Assembly: GCA_003221005.1 (NCBI GenBank)
Contig: QHTZ01000052.1
Location: 19,968 to 55,263 of the forward strand
Origin: Gemmatimonadota bacterium
GTDB taxonomy: Bacteria > Gemmatimonadota > Gemmatimonadetes > Gemmatimonadales > GWC2-71-9
Length of the DNA stretch: 35,296 bases
Reading direction: 5' to 3'
Below the pieces are notes generated by a model. That model ran no database searches. It was not told the origin of the DNA and was given only the letters and a program-made list of their open reading frames with translations. The translations under genes and the position numbers were made by a program. Below are positions 20,155-28,924 of the stretch, in pieces (the first letter of the stretch is position 1; every line of letters starts with the position of its first letter).

Positions 20155-20535
20155 ATGAAGCTGTACACGCATCTCAACTTCGGCGGAAACTGCGAAGCGG
20201 CGTTCCGCTTTTACGAAGAGCACCTCGGTGGACAGATTACGATGATGATGAAGCAGCCGGGCTCGGAGCATGCCGTCGTGCACGCGCGCATGAATGTCGC
20301 GGGCGTGGAGCTGATCGGAAACGACGTACCGCCGAACCACTTCAAACCGGTACGCAGCTCCTATCTGTACCTCGCCGTCGACTCCCCGGGGGCCGCGGAC
20401 AAGATCTATGCGATTCTTGCAGAGGGGGGTGAGATCGGCATGCCAATCGCAGAGACGTTCTTCGCAACTCGGTTTGCCCAACTCCGTGATCGGTTCGGAA
20501 CGCTGTGGACAATTATTCATGAGCGGCCCAGGTAA
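20155..20535 (+). CDS. VOC/PhnB-family protein
   Basis: AAGGAG SD; LNF.GNCEAAF.FY...LGG, HAR, MP..ETFFA..F....DRFG..W. Confidence 0.9.
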   Translation: MKLYTHLNFGGNCEAAFRFYEEHLGGQITMMMKQPGSEHAVVHARMNVAGVELIGNDVPPNHFKPVRSSYLYLAVDSPGAADKIYAILAEGGEIGMPIAETFFATRFAQLRDRFGTLWTIIHERPR

Positions 20536-20558
20536 CCGTGGGTGCTTCCGACCTACGC

Positions 20559-20587
20559 TTGACAGGCGACCGTTTGTGCTTTACAAT
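20559..20587 (+). promoter_or_regulatory. Near-consensus sigma70 promoter TTGACA-N17-TACAAT
   Basis: TTGACA 20559-20564 and TACAAT 20582-20587 in an AT-richer intergenic patch. Confidence 0.7.
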
Positions 20588-20637
20588 GCAAAGTACTTTT
20601 CATGTTGGGGGCACGTGCACATGGCGAGGGGGTTCTC

Positions 20638-20834
20638 ATGAGCATCTCACGCTCGACCGTCCAAGCGCACGATTGCTGCTGGAGAGCTGGAATGATGATG
20701 GTGCGCTGCGGCAGGCTGCCTGGCAAACGCTGGGCGCAATCCGCGCGCATCTTGCGACGGTGCTCATCGCTGCGGCGACTGTAGCAGCCGGAGGCGTCCT
20801 GGCAGTTGTCGGACTGCACATGCTCGCCAACTGA
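20638..20834 (+). pseudogene. Small single-TM protein, apparently frameshifted just after the start
   Basis: The GAGGGGG SD points at ATG 20638, but the frame with the C-terminal TM helix (ending GLHMLAN*) is offset by one base. Confidence 0.35.
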
Positions 20835-20843
20835 CGGACAGCG

Positions 20844-21114
20844 TCAGGGTGGGCTCAAGCGCTCGCCTGCGCGCTGCTTCGCCAGGAGTCGTTCCGCAAG
20901 GTCGACACGCTCTTCCAGCTCACCGAGTCGCCGCTTCAGTTCATCGAGTTCCCCAAGTCGGGTTCTGCACGTCGTCCAGCGCCTGAAGCGGCTCGCCCTT
21001 CACACGACGGCGCCAGTAATCGCGGGGCAAGAGCCGCGCCACCAAGACCTGGAGGACCGCGACCAGCGAGATGATCGCCCCTACACCGACGGCCCACTCC
21101 GGGAGTCCGAACAT
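20844..21114 (-). pseudogene. Small TM plus coiled-coil protein with a +1 frameshift
   Basis: MFGLPEWAVGVGAIISLVAVLQVLV...DDVQN, then after one extra C (AACCCGA) RLGELDELKRRLGELEERVDLAERLLAKQR; length 271 = 3n+1. Confidence 0.7.
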
Positions 21115-21132
21115 CCTAGGCCCGCCTCACTT

Positions 21133-21786
21133 TCAATCGGCGTACAAGAGGACCGCGACGAAATGGCAGCTGCTGCCCGCGAGGACGAGCAGGTGCCATA
21201 CGAAGTGGCTATAGCGCAGCCGTTTGGCGGCGAGAAACGGAACGCCGATGGTGTACGCAATTCCCCCCGCCAGGAGCCAGAGCAGACCAGCCAAGGGCAC
21301 ACGCAGCCACAGGGGCCGGATCGCGATCAGGACCAGCCACCCCATGCCGAGGTAGACACCGGTGGAGAGGCGTGGGTACCGGATTCCTCCCGCCGCCGTC
21401 AGCACTATCCCCAGAACTGCCAGGCTCCAGACCAACCCGAAGAGGGTCCAGCCCCACCCGCCACGGAGCACGCCGAGCGTGAACGGCGTGTACGTACCCG
21501 CGATCAGGAGGAAGACCGCTCCGTGATCAACGATCCGAAACACGCGCTTCGCCCTGGGGCGCGGCAGGGCGTGATACATGGTCGAGGCGAGGTAGAGGAG
21601 CACGAGTGTCGCCGCGAAGATACTTGCGCCGACGATACCGGATGCGCTCCCGCGCCGGACGGCGGCGATAACCAGAAACGGGACTGCGCCGAGCGCTGCC
21701 AAGAGGCCCAGGCCATGACTGACACTATTCGCGATTTCCTCGCCGAGCGACTGCGGAGGATCAGGCGCTGAAGCTGGTTCGTTCAC
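21133..21786 (-). CDS. Hemolysin III (PAQR) family membrane protein
   Basis: EEIANSVSHG, ASTMYH, DH.A.FLLIAGTYTPF, H..WHL.VLAGS..H. Confidence 0.93.
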   Translation of the reverse strand: MNEPASAPDPPQSLGEEIANSVSHGLGLLAALGAVPFLVIAAVRRGSASGIVGASIFAATLVLLYLASTMYHALPRPRAKRVFRIVDHGAVFLLIAGTYTPFTLGVLRGGWGWTLFGLVWSLAVLGIVLTAAGGIRYPRLSTGVYLGMGWLVLIAIRPLWLRVPLAGLLWLLAGGIAYTIGVPFLAAKRLRYSHFVWHLLVLAGSSCHFVAVLLYAD

Positions 21787-22304
21787 GGTTGCGCCGCGTC
21801 CGTCTTCCATTGCCAGAGCCCGTTAGTGGTCGCCCGTGGCAACCGGTGGCCGGTCTGGCGGGCCACCATGACGATCTGCCCGCGGTGATGAGCCTCATGC
21901 GCGACGAAGTAGGCTAGCACATGTGCGACGTCGAGGGACAGGTTGCGCCATACGTACCCCCGTGACGGCGGCACTTCGCCCTCCGACGCAAGACCCAGCT
22001 TGAGAAGAGCCTCGATCCCCTTGCTGCTGCGTTTTAGCGCCGCCACGAGTTGTCGCCGCGCGACGCGGCGATGATCGACGCGCAGCGGAGCCGTGATGCC
22101 GTGCTCTCGCCCGAGTGTTTTGACCCACATACATCTCGCGTTGTGAAGGTGCGCCGCAATCGCTCGGATCGTGCGCTGTGGCGCTCCAGGAACGACGACA
22201 TCCCAGAGCGCAGCTGGCAGGTGCTCGACGAGAGAAACGGTGACTCGGTTGCTCGTCCTCCAGGCGGCCAGGAGTGTTCCTCGTAGATCGGGGGGCGGAG
22301 GCAA
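21783..22304 (-). CDS. DinB-family protein
   Basis: AHLHNAR and YFVAHEAHHRGQ motifs; GGGAG SD before TTG 22304, just downstream of the last attC. Confidence 0.85.
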   Translation of the reverse strand: MPPPPDLRGTLLAAWRTSNRVTVSLVEHLPAALWDVVVPGAPQRTIRAIAAHLHNARCMWVKTLGREHGITAPLRVDHRRVARRQLVAALKRSSKGIEALLKLGLASEGEVPPSRGYVWRNLSLDVAHVLAYFVAHEAHHRGQIVMVARQTGHRLPRATTNGLWQWKTDAAQP

Positions 22305-22334
22305 ACCAGATCTCCCGTCGAGAGTCGCGCTGAG

Positions 22335-22455
22335 GCCTAACGGATCGCTGCGACGGTGAGGAGAAAATTGCGGCGCGTTGGGATCATCGGGCATCTCCGC
22401 AGAAATGAATCCAACGTGGGACACCGCCCCCGGCAGCGTAGGCGCCGTGTTAGGC
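22335..22455 (-). other. attC site (121 bp, divergent, distal-most)
   Basis: GCCTAACGGATCGC...GTTAGGC downstream of the cupin gene. Confidence 0.7.
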
Positions 22456-22464
22456 CGCGAGCAG

Positions 22465-22944
22465 CTACCGCCGCAGTCGTGGGTCGTCGCTCGGATTCAC
22501 GTACGTGAGATCGAAGGGCCCCAGCGCTTCGATCTGATACTCCACTGCCACAGGTGCCCAGTCACTGTGCACCACGTTTGCTGGCATCAGCCGAAAGGTG
22601 CCAGGACCGATGCACGCGGTGTCCGGCGCGACGTTCGTAGCGGTGGTGGCGGCGAAGCAGAGCGTCCCCGACAATACCGTTAAGCGCTCCTCAACCGGAT
22701 GTCGGTGTGGCGCAATCCGATACTTTGCTGGAAGACGAACCCGAAGCGTAAAGGGCCCGGGTTGACTGGGGTTACCTGCCAGAACGGCGCCCTGGGACCC
22801 TGGCTCCAAGGTGGGCGGCCCTGGTTGCCAGATAATGTTAGTAGGGCGAATGACGGTCGGAACCGTGGCGATGCCTTGGGCCCGCGCAATCTCGATGGGA
22901 GCGAGAGCCCAGACAAGTGCGAGGATGAAGCACCGGATCCTCAT
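22465..22944 (-). CDS. Secreted cupin-domain (DUF4437-like) protein
   Basis: Signal peptide; G.P...GPFTLRV..P..Y.IAPH.HP..ERLTVLSG...PG.F...PA...H. Confidence 0.88.
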   Translation of the reverse strand: MRIRCFILALVWALAPIEIARAQGIATVPTVIRPTNIIWQPGPPTLEPGSQGAVLAGNPSQPGPFTLRVRLPAKYRIAPHRHPVEERLTVLSGTLCFAATTATNVAPDTACIGPGTFRLMPANVVHSDWAPVAVEYQIEALGPFDLTYVNPSDDPRLRR

Positions 22945-23015
22945 GTTGGCTCCTCAAGCTAAAGCAACGCTGGGGAAAGAGGTGCATGCGATGGGAAGAT
23001 CGGGCATGGCGAAAC

Positions 23016-23531
23016 CTAATGAGCGAATGCTGCCTTCGTGAGCCCGTAGACCACGCTCTCTCGACCGCTCGCGTCGGGGGCAACGCGGAGGTACACGGCG
23101 CCGATCTTCTCAACCGCGCGCCGCGACCGGCGATTCTCTGGCCCAATGATGAAAAGCACCTGATCGACGGTCGTGAACGCGTGTTGCAGCATCAGGCGCT
23201 TCATCTCGCCGTTGTACCTACCGCCCCAATAGGGACGAGCGAGAAAAGTCCAGCCAATCTCGATAACACGTTTTGCGGCGTCGAAGCTATGGTAACGCGA
23301 CGATCCAATGATCTGCCCGGTAGCACGGTCGATGGCTACTAGTGTGCCACCAGAATCGAGGGCATCAGCAAAGAATTGCCGGAAGACGTCTTCTTTGTAA
23401 CGGTCACAGTCCGGGTGTTGCTCCCAGATGAGCGGATCTGACGCAACGGCAAACAGTGCAGCCCAGTCGTCTGGGCGCAGCGGCCGCAGCTCGAGGAGCT
23501 CGCCCGTAAGAGTCGGCTGAAGATTGAACAT
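23016..23531 (-). CDS. GNAT (RimJ/RimL-like) acetyltransferase
   Basis: LQP.L.G....LRPL, ASDPLIWEQHP, EIGWTFLAR.YWGG.YN.EMK.LML. Confidence 0.9.
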   Translation of the reverse strand: MFNLQPTLTGELLELRPLRPDDWAALFAVASDPLIWEQHPDCDRYKEDVFRQFFADALDSGGTLVAIDRATGQIIGSSRYHSFDAAKRVIEIGWTFLARPYWGGRYNGEMKRLMLQHAFTTVDQVLFIIGPENRRSRRAVEKIGAVYLRVAPDASGRESVVYGLTKAAFAH

Positions 23532-23566
23532 GATAGATCGGACGCTAAGCCAAGCAGGCCGGAGCC

Positions 23567-23592
23567 GGCGCCGCCAGCTTCAGGCGCTTGTT
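23567..23592 (-). other. Degenerate attC half-site (R''/L'' side)
   Basis: GGCGCCGCCAGCTTCAGGCGCTTGTT matches the right arm of intact attCs; core box eroded, other arm absent. Confidence 0.6.
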
Positions 23593-23617
23593 TATCCTGC
23601 TCATGTACGAACTCGAC

Positions 23618-24064
23618 TCAAACGCCGAACTGACGCAGATGATGGTCGAGATGCTTGTGCAGCATCACGCCCCAGCTGGGGCCCGAAATGCGTCCAAAAA
23701 CCCGACTCGCTGGCCAGGCGGCGGCTGGCCCGCGCGCCGCAACGCGCTGCACGAGATCCCGCAACCGATTCACATCCGCCGCCCACGTGGTCGGACGGGT
23801 CGCGAGAAACTCCGGTGGACTCTTCCCTTTTCCTCTCGGCCACGGCACGGCGTGAATCGCGAGCCAATTCAAGGGAAAGTGCGTCAAGGGACCGGAAGGT
23901 GGATCGGTCTCGAGTTCGCCCAGCCCTTGCCGCAGATCGCAACTGATATGGCACACCATTTCGGCAGCGGTGAACCGACCCCAAATTGGCTTTCGATTTG
24001 GGGTCAGCCGCGAGATCCGATCAAGGATCGCGTTTTGAGCGGTTGGATCAAACAGTGAAGCCAT
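23618..24064 (-). CDS. DUF1569/DinB-like protein
   Basis: RI..LT......WG.F...EM.CH, FG......WG....KHLDHHLRQFGV. Confidence 0.88.
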   Translation of the reverse strand: MASLFDPTAQNAILDRISRLTPNRKPIWGRFTAAEMVCHISCDLRQGLGELETDPPSGPLTHFPLNWLAIHAVPWPRGKGKSPPEFLATRPTTWAADVNRLRDLVQRVAARGPAAAWPASRVFGRISGPSWGVMLHKHLDHHLRQFGV

Positions 24065-24084
24065 GCGCCGTTATCGATTCAGCA

Positions 24085-24114
24085 GCCTGACGGATCGCGC
24101 GTAAGCTGCGGCGC
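24085..24114 (-). other. attC half-site (L'/R' side; core mutated to GTCAGGC)
   Basis: GCCTGACGGATCGCGCGTAAGCTGCGGCGC directly after the DUF1801 stop. Confidence 0.7.
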
Positions 24115-24119
24115 GCTCC

Positions 24120-24605
24120 TCAGCTCACCGCTTTCTTCACGAGCGCGCCGATCCTTGCCTCGTCGGCGGCGGTCAGCTCCTTCAACGCGAAGGCGACCGG
24201 CCACACGGTGCCTGCGTCGAGGTTCGCCTTGTCGCTGAAGCCTAACATCGCGTACCTCGCCTTGAACTTGTGCGCGCTTTGGAAGAAGCAGACGACATTG
24301 CCGTCCTTGGCGTACGCGGGCATCCCGTACCAGGTTCTCGGCGAGAGGGCGGGCGCGCTGGCTTTGATGATGGCATGGAGCCGCTCGGCCATGGCGCGAT
24401 CCGGTTTCGGCATCTGGGCAATCTTCGCGAGCACGTCGCTTTCCCCGTCCGCCTGCTTCGCGCGCGGGCCGCGGCGCGCTTCCGCCTTCAGCTCTTGGAC
24501 GCGCTCCTTCATCGCGGCTCGTTCCTCGTCCGTGAATCCCTTGACCGCCTTGCCGATCGCGGTGGTGCTCTTGGCGGACTTCTCCGTTCCTTTCTTTGGG
24601 CTCAT
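24120..24605 (-). CDS. DUF1801 (YdhG-like) protein
   Basis: [39 protein letters not shown]; AAGGAGG SD. Confidence 0.9.
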   Translation of the reverse strand: MSPKKGTEKSAKSTTAIGKAVKGFTDEERAAMKERVQELKAEARRGPRAKQADGESDVLAKIAQMPKPDRAMAERLHAIIKASAPALSPRTWYGMPAYAKDGNVVCFFQSAHKFKARYAMLGFSDKANLDAGTVWPVAFALKELTAADEARIGALVKKAVS

Positions 24606-25037
24606 AGACGATCTCCGACCTCCTTGTGATAGGGTCCTCAAGGCCGCGCCGGCGCGTAGATGACAATGACGACGCCATCACCTACCGTCTTCGAATCCAC
24701 GAGCCGCAGACGCTGCTTGTCACTCGTGTCGCCGAAGAGGCGTTTGCCGGTCCCGAGGAGGACCGGGAACACCATCAGCCGCAACTCGTCGACGAGGCTG
24801 TGCGCCAGCAGTGTTTGCACGAGCCGGGCGCTGCCATGGACAACGATGTCCCCTGTCGTCGCCTGCCTGAGCTTCGAGACCTCCTTCACCACGTCACCAT
24901 TGAGGACCGTCGAGTTGTTCCACTGAGGCTTCCGCAACGTAGCAGAGACGACGTACTTCGGCATGCTGTTGAACTTGTGCGCGCTTTGGAAGAAGCAGAC
25001 GACATTGCCGTCCTTGGCGTACGCGGGCATCCCGTAC
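24262..25037. repeat. Exact 69-bp direct repeat, copies 24262-24330 and 24969-25037
   Basis: TTGAACTTGTGCGCGCTTTGG...GGCATCCCGTAC is identical in the DUF1801 gene and inside the DHFR-like gene. Confidence 0.95.
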
Positions 25038-25083
25038 TGACGCCATCAAGTGAGACGAACTCGGTGACGACGATCCTGCCCAT
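24638..25083 (-). pseudogene. Dihydrofolate reductase/RibD_C-family gene whose internal segment is replaced by a DUF1801 fragment
   Basis: [15 protein letters not shown], then out of frame the 69-bp foreign segment, then NSMPKYVVS...GSARLVQTL...[19 protein letters not shown]. Confidence 0.85.
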
Positions 25084-25131
25084 GTTGATCCTCCCTGTTG
25101 CCACCTCAGCGCGACGCCGTGCGCGGAATGG

Positions 25132-26133
25132 TCACGCCACCTTGATGACGACTTTTCCCGTCGCCCGCCCGGACTCGGAATACGCGAGCGCGTCACACAC
25201 GTGCTCGAGCGGAAATACCTTGTCCACCAGCGGTTTGATCGCGCCGCTTTCCACCAGCCGCGTGATTCCTGTCAGCTGTTCTCCGTCGGCTCGCATGAAC
25301 AGGTACTCGTAGCGGGCGTTGTGACTCCGCGCTGCGGCAGTCGCCTTCCGGGACATCACACTGATCGCGAGGACGATGATCGGGTTGAGTCCCCAGCTCC
25401 GCGCAAACGCTGCTGACGGGGTGCTGCCAATGCTGATCACCACGCCCCCGGGCTTCACGCACTCAAAACACCGCACCAGCGTGTCACCGCCTGCGCTGTC
25501 CAGCACGACGTCACAATCTTGGACCACGTCTTCAAAACGCGCGCTACGGTAGTCAATGGGGACGTCCGCGCCCAAACGCTTCACCAGTTCCACATTGCGC
25601 TGCCCCACCGTGGTGAAAACCGTTGCGCCCAGGTGACGGGCCAACTGGATGGCCACGCTGCCGACGCCCCCGCTGCCCGCGTGAATCAACACGCGTTGGT
25701 TGGCGCGCAGCTTTCCAATCTCCACCAAGGCCTGCCATGCCGTCAGCGCGACCAGCGGAAGTGAGGCAGCTTCTTCAAATGTCACGTTGGTGGGTTGAAG
25801 AGCCGCGGCGCCTTCGCGGACCACGGCAAATTCCGCAAACGCTCCAATGCGGTCCCTGTCCAGGCGCGCGTACACTGCATCGCCTTTCTTGAAGCGCGTC
25901 ACCTGCGCGCCCACGTCGGCAACCACGCCTGAGAGGTCATTGCCCAGCACCAGCGGGAACTGGTACTTCAACAGCATCTTCAACTTTCCATCGCGCGTCT
26001 TGACGTCCAGTGGATTCACACTGGCGGCGTGTACTTGAACTAACAAATCCAGAGGGCCCATGAGGGGGAGGGCGATGTCCGCCACGCTGACGCGGTCGTT
26101 GCTCCCGTAGCGGTCGATAAACGCGGCCTTCAT
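25132..26133 (-). CDS. NADP-dependent oxidoreductase (MDR/quinone oxidoreductase-like)
   Basis: AASVNPLD, P.VLGND, AASLPLVALTAWQAL, IHAGSGGVG, GRATGKVVI. Confidence 0.92.
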   Translation of the reverse strand: MKAAFIDRYGSNDRVSVADIALPLMGPLDLLVQVHAASVNPLDVKTRDGKLKMLLKYQFPLVLGNDLSGVVADVGAQVTRFKKGDAVYARLDRDRIGAFAEFAVVREGAAALQPTNVTFEEAASLPLVALTAWQALVEIGKLRANQRVLIHAGSGGVGSVAIQLARHLGATVFTTVGQRNVELVKRLGADVPIDYRSARFEDVVQDCDVVLDSAGGDTLVRCFECVKPGGVVISIGSTPSAAFARSWGLNPIIVLAISVMSRKATAAARSHNARYEYLFMRADGEQLTGITRLVESGAIKPLVDKVFPLEHVCDALAYSESGRATGKVVIKVA

Positions 26134-26166
26134 GGAGCGCCTAGTTTTCGTCTGAGACTTGCGGTC

Positions 26167-26268
26167 GCCTAACGGATCGCGCTTAAGCTGCGGCGCCGGC
26201 TAGAGGATCTCACAAATAGAAGACTACCTCAGCAAGACGGCGCCGCCAGCTTCAGGCGCACGTTAGGG
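26167..26268 (-). other. attC site (102 bp)
   Basis: GCCTAACGGATCGCGCTTAAGCTGCGG...CCGCCAGCTTCAGGCGCACGTTAGGG. Confidence 0.88.
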
Positions 26269-26300
26269 CGGCGCACCGAGCCAAGGGTCCTCTTCCCCGC

Positions 26301-26855
26301 TCAGCGCGGTGCGTAATCCGTGAAGACGTAGTCTCTCGTCTTCGCGATCGTATGGCACTGGAATCCACACTTGGCGTCGTTCCCCTGCGGCGGCGTGGCG
26401 GCCGCGGTGGCGGGCGTGAAGGTACCGGACGCGGTGTCATGCTCAAACGCCGCCCATCCCCACCCGCCGCTGTCCGGGAACCGCTTGCTGTCCTTTACCA
26501 TGAAGTCGACGTCATGCTGCGCACCCGGCACGGTCGCGGCCGGGAATATCGCCATCTTTGTCGGAATCCAATGGATCTTCGCCATCTTGGAGCCGTCGGG
26601 GAACGGCTTGCCGTTCCCGGGAACGCCCGCCCGATAGGCCTCGATCATCACGGGATTAGCGAGGATCGCAGCAATCGCCGGTCCGTCCTGGCTGATGGAC
26701 ACAAGTTGCCAGGCCTCGTATCCCCTGAACTCCGAGAACGCAAGCCCACCCGGCACCTTCAAGCTGTATTTGTCTTGGGCGAACAGGGCGCTGCCACCCA
26801 AGGTACTGACGAGTGCCGTCATGATAGCGATCGTTCGCATGCGGTTCCTCTTCAC
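26301..26855 (-). CDS. Cytochrome P460-family protein
   Basis: Signal peptide; FPDGSKMAK, MVKDSKRF..SGGWG.A.F, C-terminal CGFQCH...RDYVFT. Confidence 0.88.
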   Translation of the reverse strand: MKRNRMRTIAIMTALVSTLGGSALFAQDKYSLKVPGGLAFSEFRGYEAWQLVSISQDGPAIAAILANPVMIEAYRAGVPGNGKPFPDGSKMAKIHWIPTKMAIFPAATVPGAQHDVDFMVKDSKRFPDSGGWGWAAFEHDTASGTFTPATAAATPPQGNDAKCGFQCHTIAKTRDYVFTDYAPR

Positions 26856-26929
26856 CAGTTCCTCCTTTGTCCAGGTTAGCGGCTTTGACTTCCTTCCGGA
26901 TGGTGTCTACAAAAGTGAGGGAGGTTTCC

Positions 26930-26955
26930 CCGCCAGCTTCACGCGCTTGTTAGGC
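26930..26955 (-). other. attC half-site (R''/L'' side only)
   Basis: CCGCCAGCTTCACGCGCTTGTTAGGC with no partner arm. Confidence 0.7.
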
Positions 26956-27049
26956 GGCCCATTTGGTTGCAATAGATCCTGAAGCAACCCTCAATCAGAT
27001 TGAAGGTAACGACTCGGCTCAGCCCTCCGCGCATCCGCACGTAGAAAGG

Positions 27050-27721
27050 CTAGCGCGGGCGGCCGCCGGTTGTCCGCGTGATTGCGCTGATCAGATCCTC
27101 GCCGTGCAGCACCAATGCTGGCACAACAATGACCTGTGACGATCGCACGCCGAGCGCCGAACGGTCGTAGAATACGCCGACCTCGGCGCTCACGCCCAGC
27201 TGCTCCTTGCCGATCCGAAGTCCCAAGAACCCACCCGCAGTTGGTGAATCCGACGCTGCTTCTCGTGACAACGGCAAGACCTGTCCCACGCGCAGGCCGC
27301 CGTAGGGCGTCAGCAGTTTCTGGCGACCGGAGGCGATCAGCGTCAGCTCGAAGTCCGCGTGGTTGCCCCAGTTCACCAGCCCCCCGCCCCCCATAACGGC
27401 GATGGCGGGCGCTTGCCGGTCCCGGTTGGTGGAGAGGCGGTACTTGTAGGTCACCACCACCCCGCTGGCTGAAGGGATCCGAATGCCCACATCCGCGCGA
27501 TCGCTGACCCCGATCCGTGTTTCCGCGTCGATCCCCAGCCACGCGATGCTACTGTCGCGCAGGACTTCGATGCCGTTGGGGATCGCGTACCAGACGAGCG
27601 TCGGAGCGACTTCGCCGACCGGGACAGGCTGCGCGGTCGTGGCGACCGTGTAGGGGACGCATCCCGCTACGCTGAGGACCACCAGCCAACCCGACCAGAT
27701 CAGTTCGTGTGGGTGGCGCAT
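27050..27721 (-). CDS. Hypothetical lipoprotein
   Basis: Lipobox VAGC after a hydrophobic stretch; beta-strand-rich; GAGGAG SD. Confidence 0.8.
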   Translation of the reverse strand: MRHPHELIWSGWLVVLSVAGCVPYTVATTAQPVPVGEVAPTLVWYAIPNGIEVLRDSSIAWLGIDAETRIGVSDRADVGIRIPSASGVVVTYKYRLSTNRDRQAPAIAVMGGGGLVNWGNHADFELTLIASGRQKLLTPYGGLRVGQVLPLSREAASDSPTAGGFLGLRIGKEQLGVSAEVGVFYDRSALGVRSSQVIVVPALVLHGEDLISAITRTTGGRPR

Positions 27722-27847
27722 CGTCAGTTCTCCTCTGGCATGCTGAGGCGCTTGTTGGATTGTGGTGAGACCGCCAGCGATGCTACACTCCTTTCATCTG
27801 GCTTGTTGCGAAGCCGTGGGTGCTGGATGCGAGTGCGTGGCCCGACT

Positions 27848-27878
27848 GCCTAGGACCGCGCCTGAAGCTGACGGCGCC
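27848..27878. other. Degenerate attC arm following a truncated cassette ORF (MCFEILGAV...)
   Basis: GCCTAGGACCGCGCCTGAAGCTGACGGCGCC resembles attC arms. Confidence 0.45.
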
Positions 27879-27905
27879 CAGTATCTCGAAGCACATTGAG
27901 CGGCC

Positions 27906-28007
27906 GCCTAACGGACCGCGCTTGAGCTGCGGCGCACCAGCTCGGTGATCACAAATGGAATTGTACCATGACAACCACGCGCCGCCAGCTTCAAGCGCTT
28001 GGTAGGC
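27906..28007 (-). other. attC site (102 bp; R'' mutated to GCCTACC)
   Basis: GCCTAACGGACCGCG...CTTCAAGCGCTTGGTAGGC. Confidence 0.85.
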
Positions 28008-28017
28008 AGCAGCATCG

Positions 28018-28221
28018 CTATGAAGGCGTCTCGCCGGGTTGGTCCGCGCGCTCACCCGCCGCTGGCAGGGCACGGCCACTCTGGTTCTTCTGAGCAACCA
28101 GGGCACGCTCGAGGAAATCGAGCCGTTCTTGCATGGCATCGAGTGCATCACGAAGGTCCCCGATTGCCGGATCAGGCGGCGCAACAATGGGAGGGCGGCG
28201 TTCAAGCCGTTTAGCCTCCAT
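28018..28221 (-). CDS. Small coiled-coil hypothetical cassette protein
   Basis: The only ORF between two attCs; LDAMQERLDFLERAL motif. Confidence 0.6.
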   Translation of the reverse strand: MEAKRLERRPPIVAPPDPAIGDLRDALDAMQERLDFLERALVAQKNQSGRALPAAGERADQPGETPS

Positions 28222-28261
28222 CGGTTCGGCTCCGGCCTCAAAGACTCGTGATACTGCTGCT

Positions 28262-28364
28262 GCCTAACGGATCGCGCGTAAGCTGTGGACGCACCAGCTC
28301 GGTGATCACAAATGGAATTCTACCCTGACCGCCACGCGCCGCCAGCTTCACGCGCTTGTTAGGC
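28262..28364 (-). other. attC site (103 bp)
   Basis: GCCTAAC...GTTAGGC; central region nearly the same as attC 27906. Confidence 0.9.
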
Positions 28365-28392
28365 GGTAGCCTCCATGGCACGACAGCGCTCG

Positions 28393-28779
28393 TTAGTAGC
28401 ACCCGCACGCCGCGACGCCGATCAGAAACGCCCCGTACGCGAGCGCGGCCATGCCCACGCCGAGCCCTAGTGTACGGCCTGCGCTAAAGCCCCGAGTGGC
28501 CACCTGTCGTACGTCGGTGAGCGGAATGCGCACCTCATCTTGTCCAGTCGAGCGCGGCCTGGTGCCTGAGAGTGTATCTCCTCGCAGCACCGGATGCTCC
28601 AGGACGATCTGCGTGCCGTCGGTGCGAGTGACCCAGAGTTTTGCGGGGTGGCGAGTCGCGAGAAGGAACTCTGGCGCAACGCGCTCTGTGCGCCATACCT
28701 CACAGGCCGAGCCGCAGAGCACGGTTATGAGCAGGGTAGCGGCGAGACGCGGGCGAACGCGATGCGTGGTAGGACACAT
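28393..28779 (-). CDS. Hypothetical lipoprotein (cassette)
   Basis: GSAC lipobox-like motif, C-terminal TM helix. Confidence 0.8.
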   Translation of the reverse strand: MCPTTHRVRPRLAATLLITVLCGSACEVWRTERVAPEFLLATRHPAKLWVTRTDGTQIVLEHPVLRGDTLSGTRPRSTGQDEVRIPLTDVRQVATRGFSAGRTLGLGVGMAALAYGAFLIGVAACGCY

Positions 28780-28805
28780 ATGCCCTCGAGCCCTGCTGTG
28801 CTGCC

Positions 28806-28907
28806 GCCTAACGGATCGCGCTTAAGCTGCGGCGCATACTCTGAGTCATCACAAACGCAATTCTACTTCGACAAGACGGCGCCGCCAGCTTCAGGCGCAT
28901 GTTAGGC
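28806..28907 (-). other. attC site (102 bp)
   Basis: GCCTAAC 28806, GTTAGGC 28901-28907. Confidence 0.92.
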
Positions 28908-28924
28908 CGACGCCCAGGCCACCC

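Noticed and set aside
24262-25037. 69-bp repeat as a DGR template/variable repeat pair
   Set aside because: The copies are identical with no adenine-specific mismatches, no reverse transcriptase is in the window, and the copy breaks the frame
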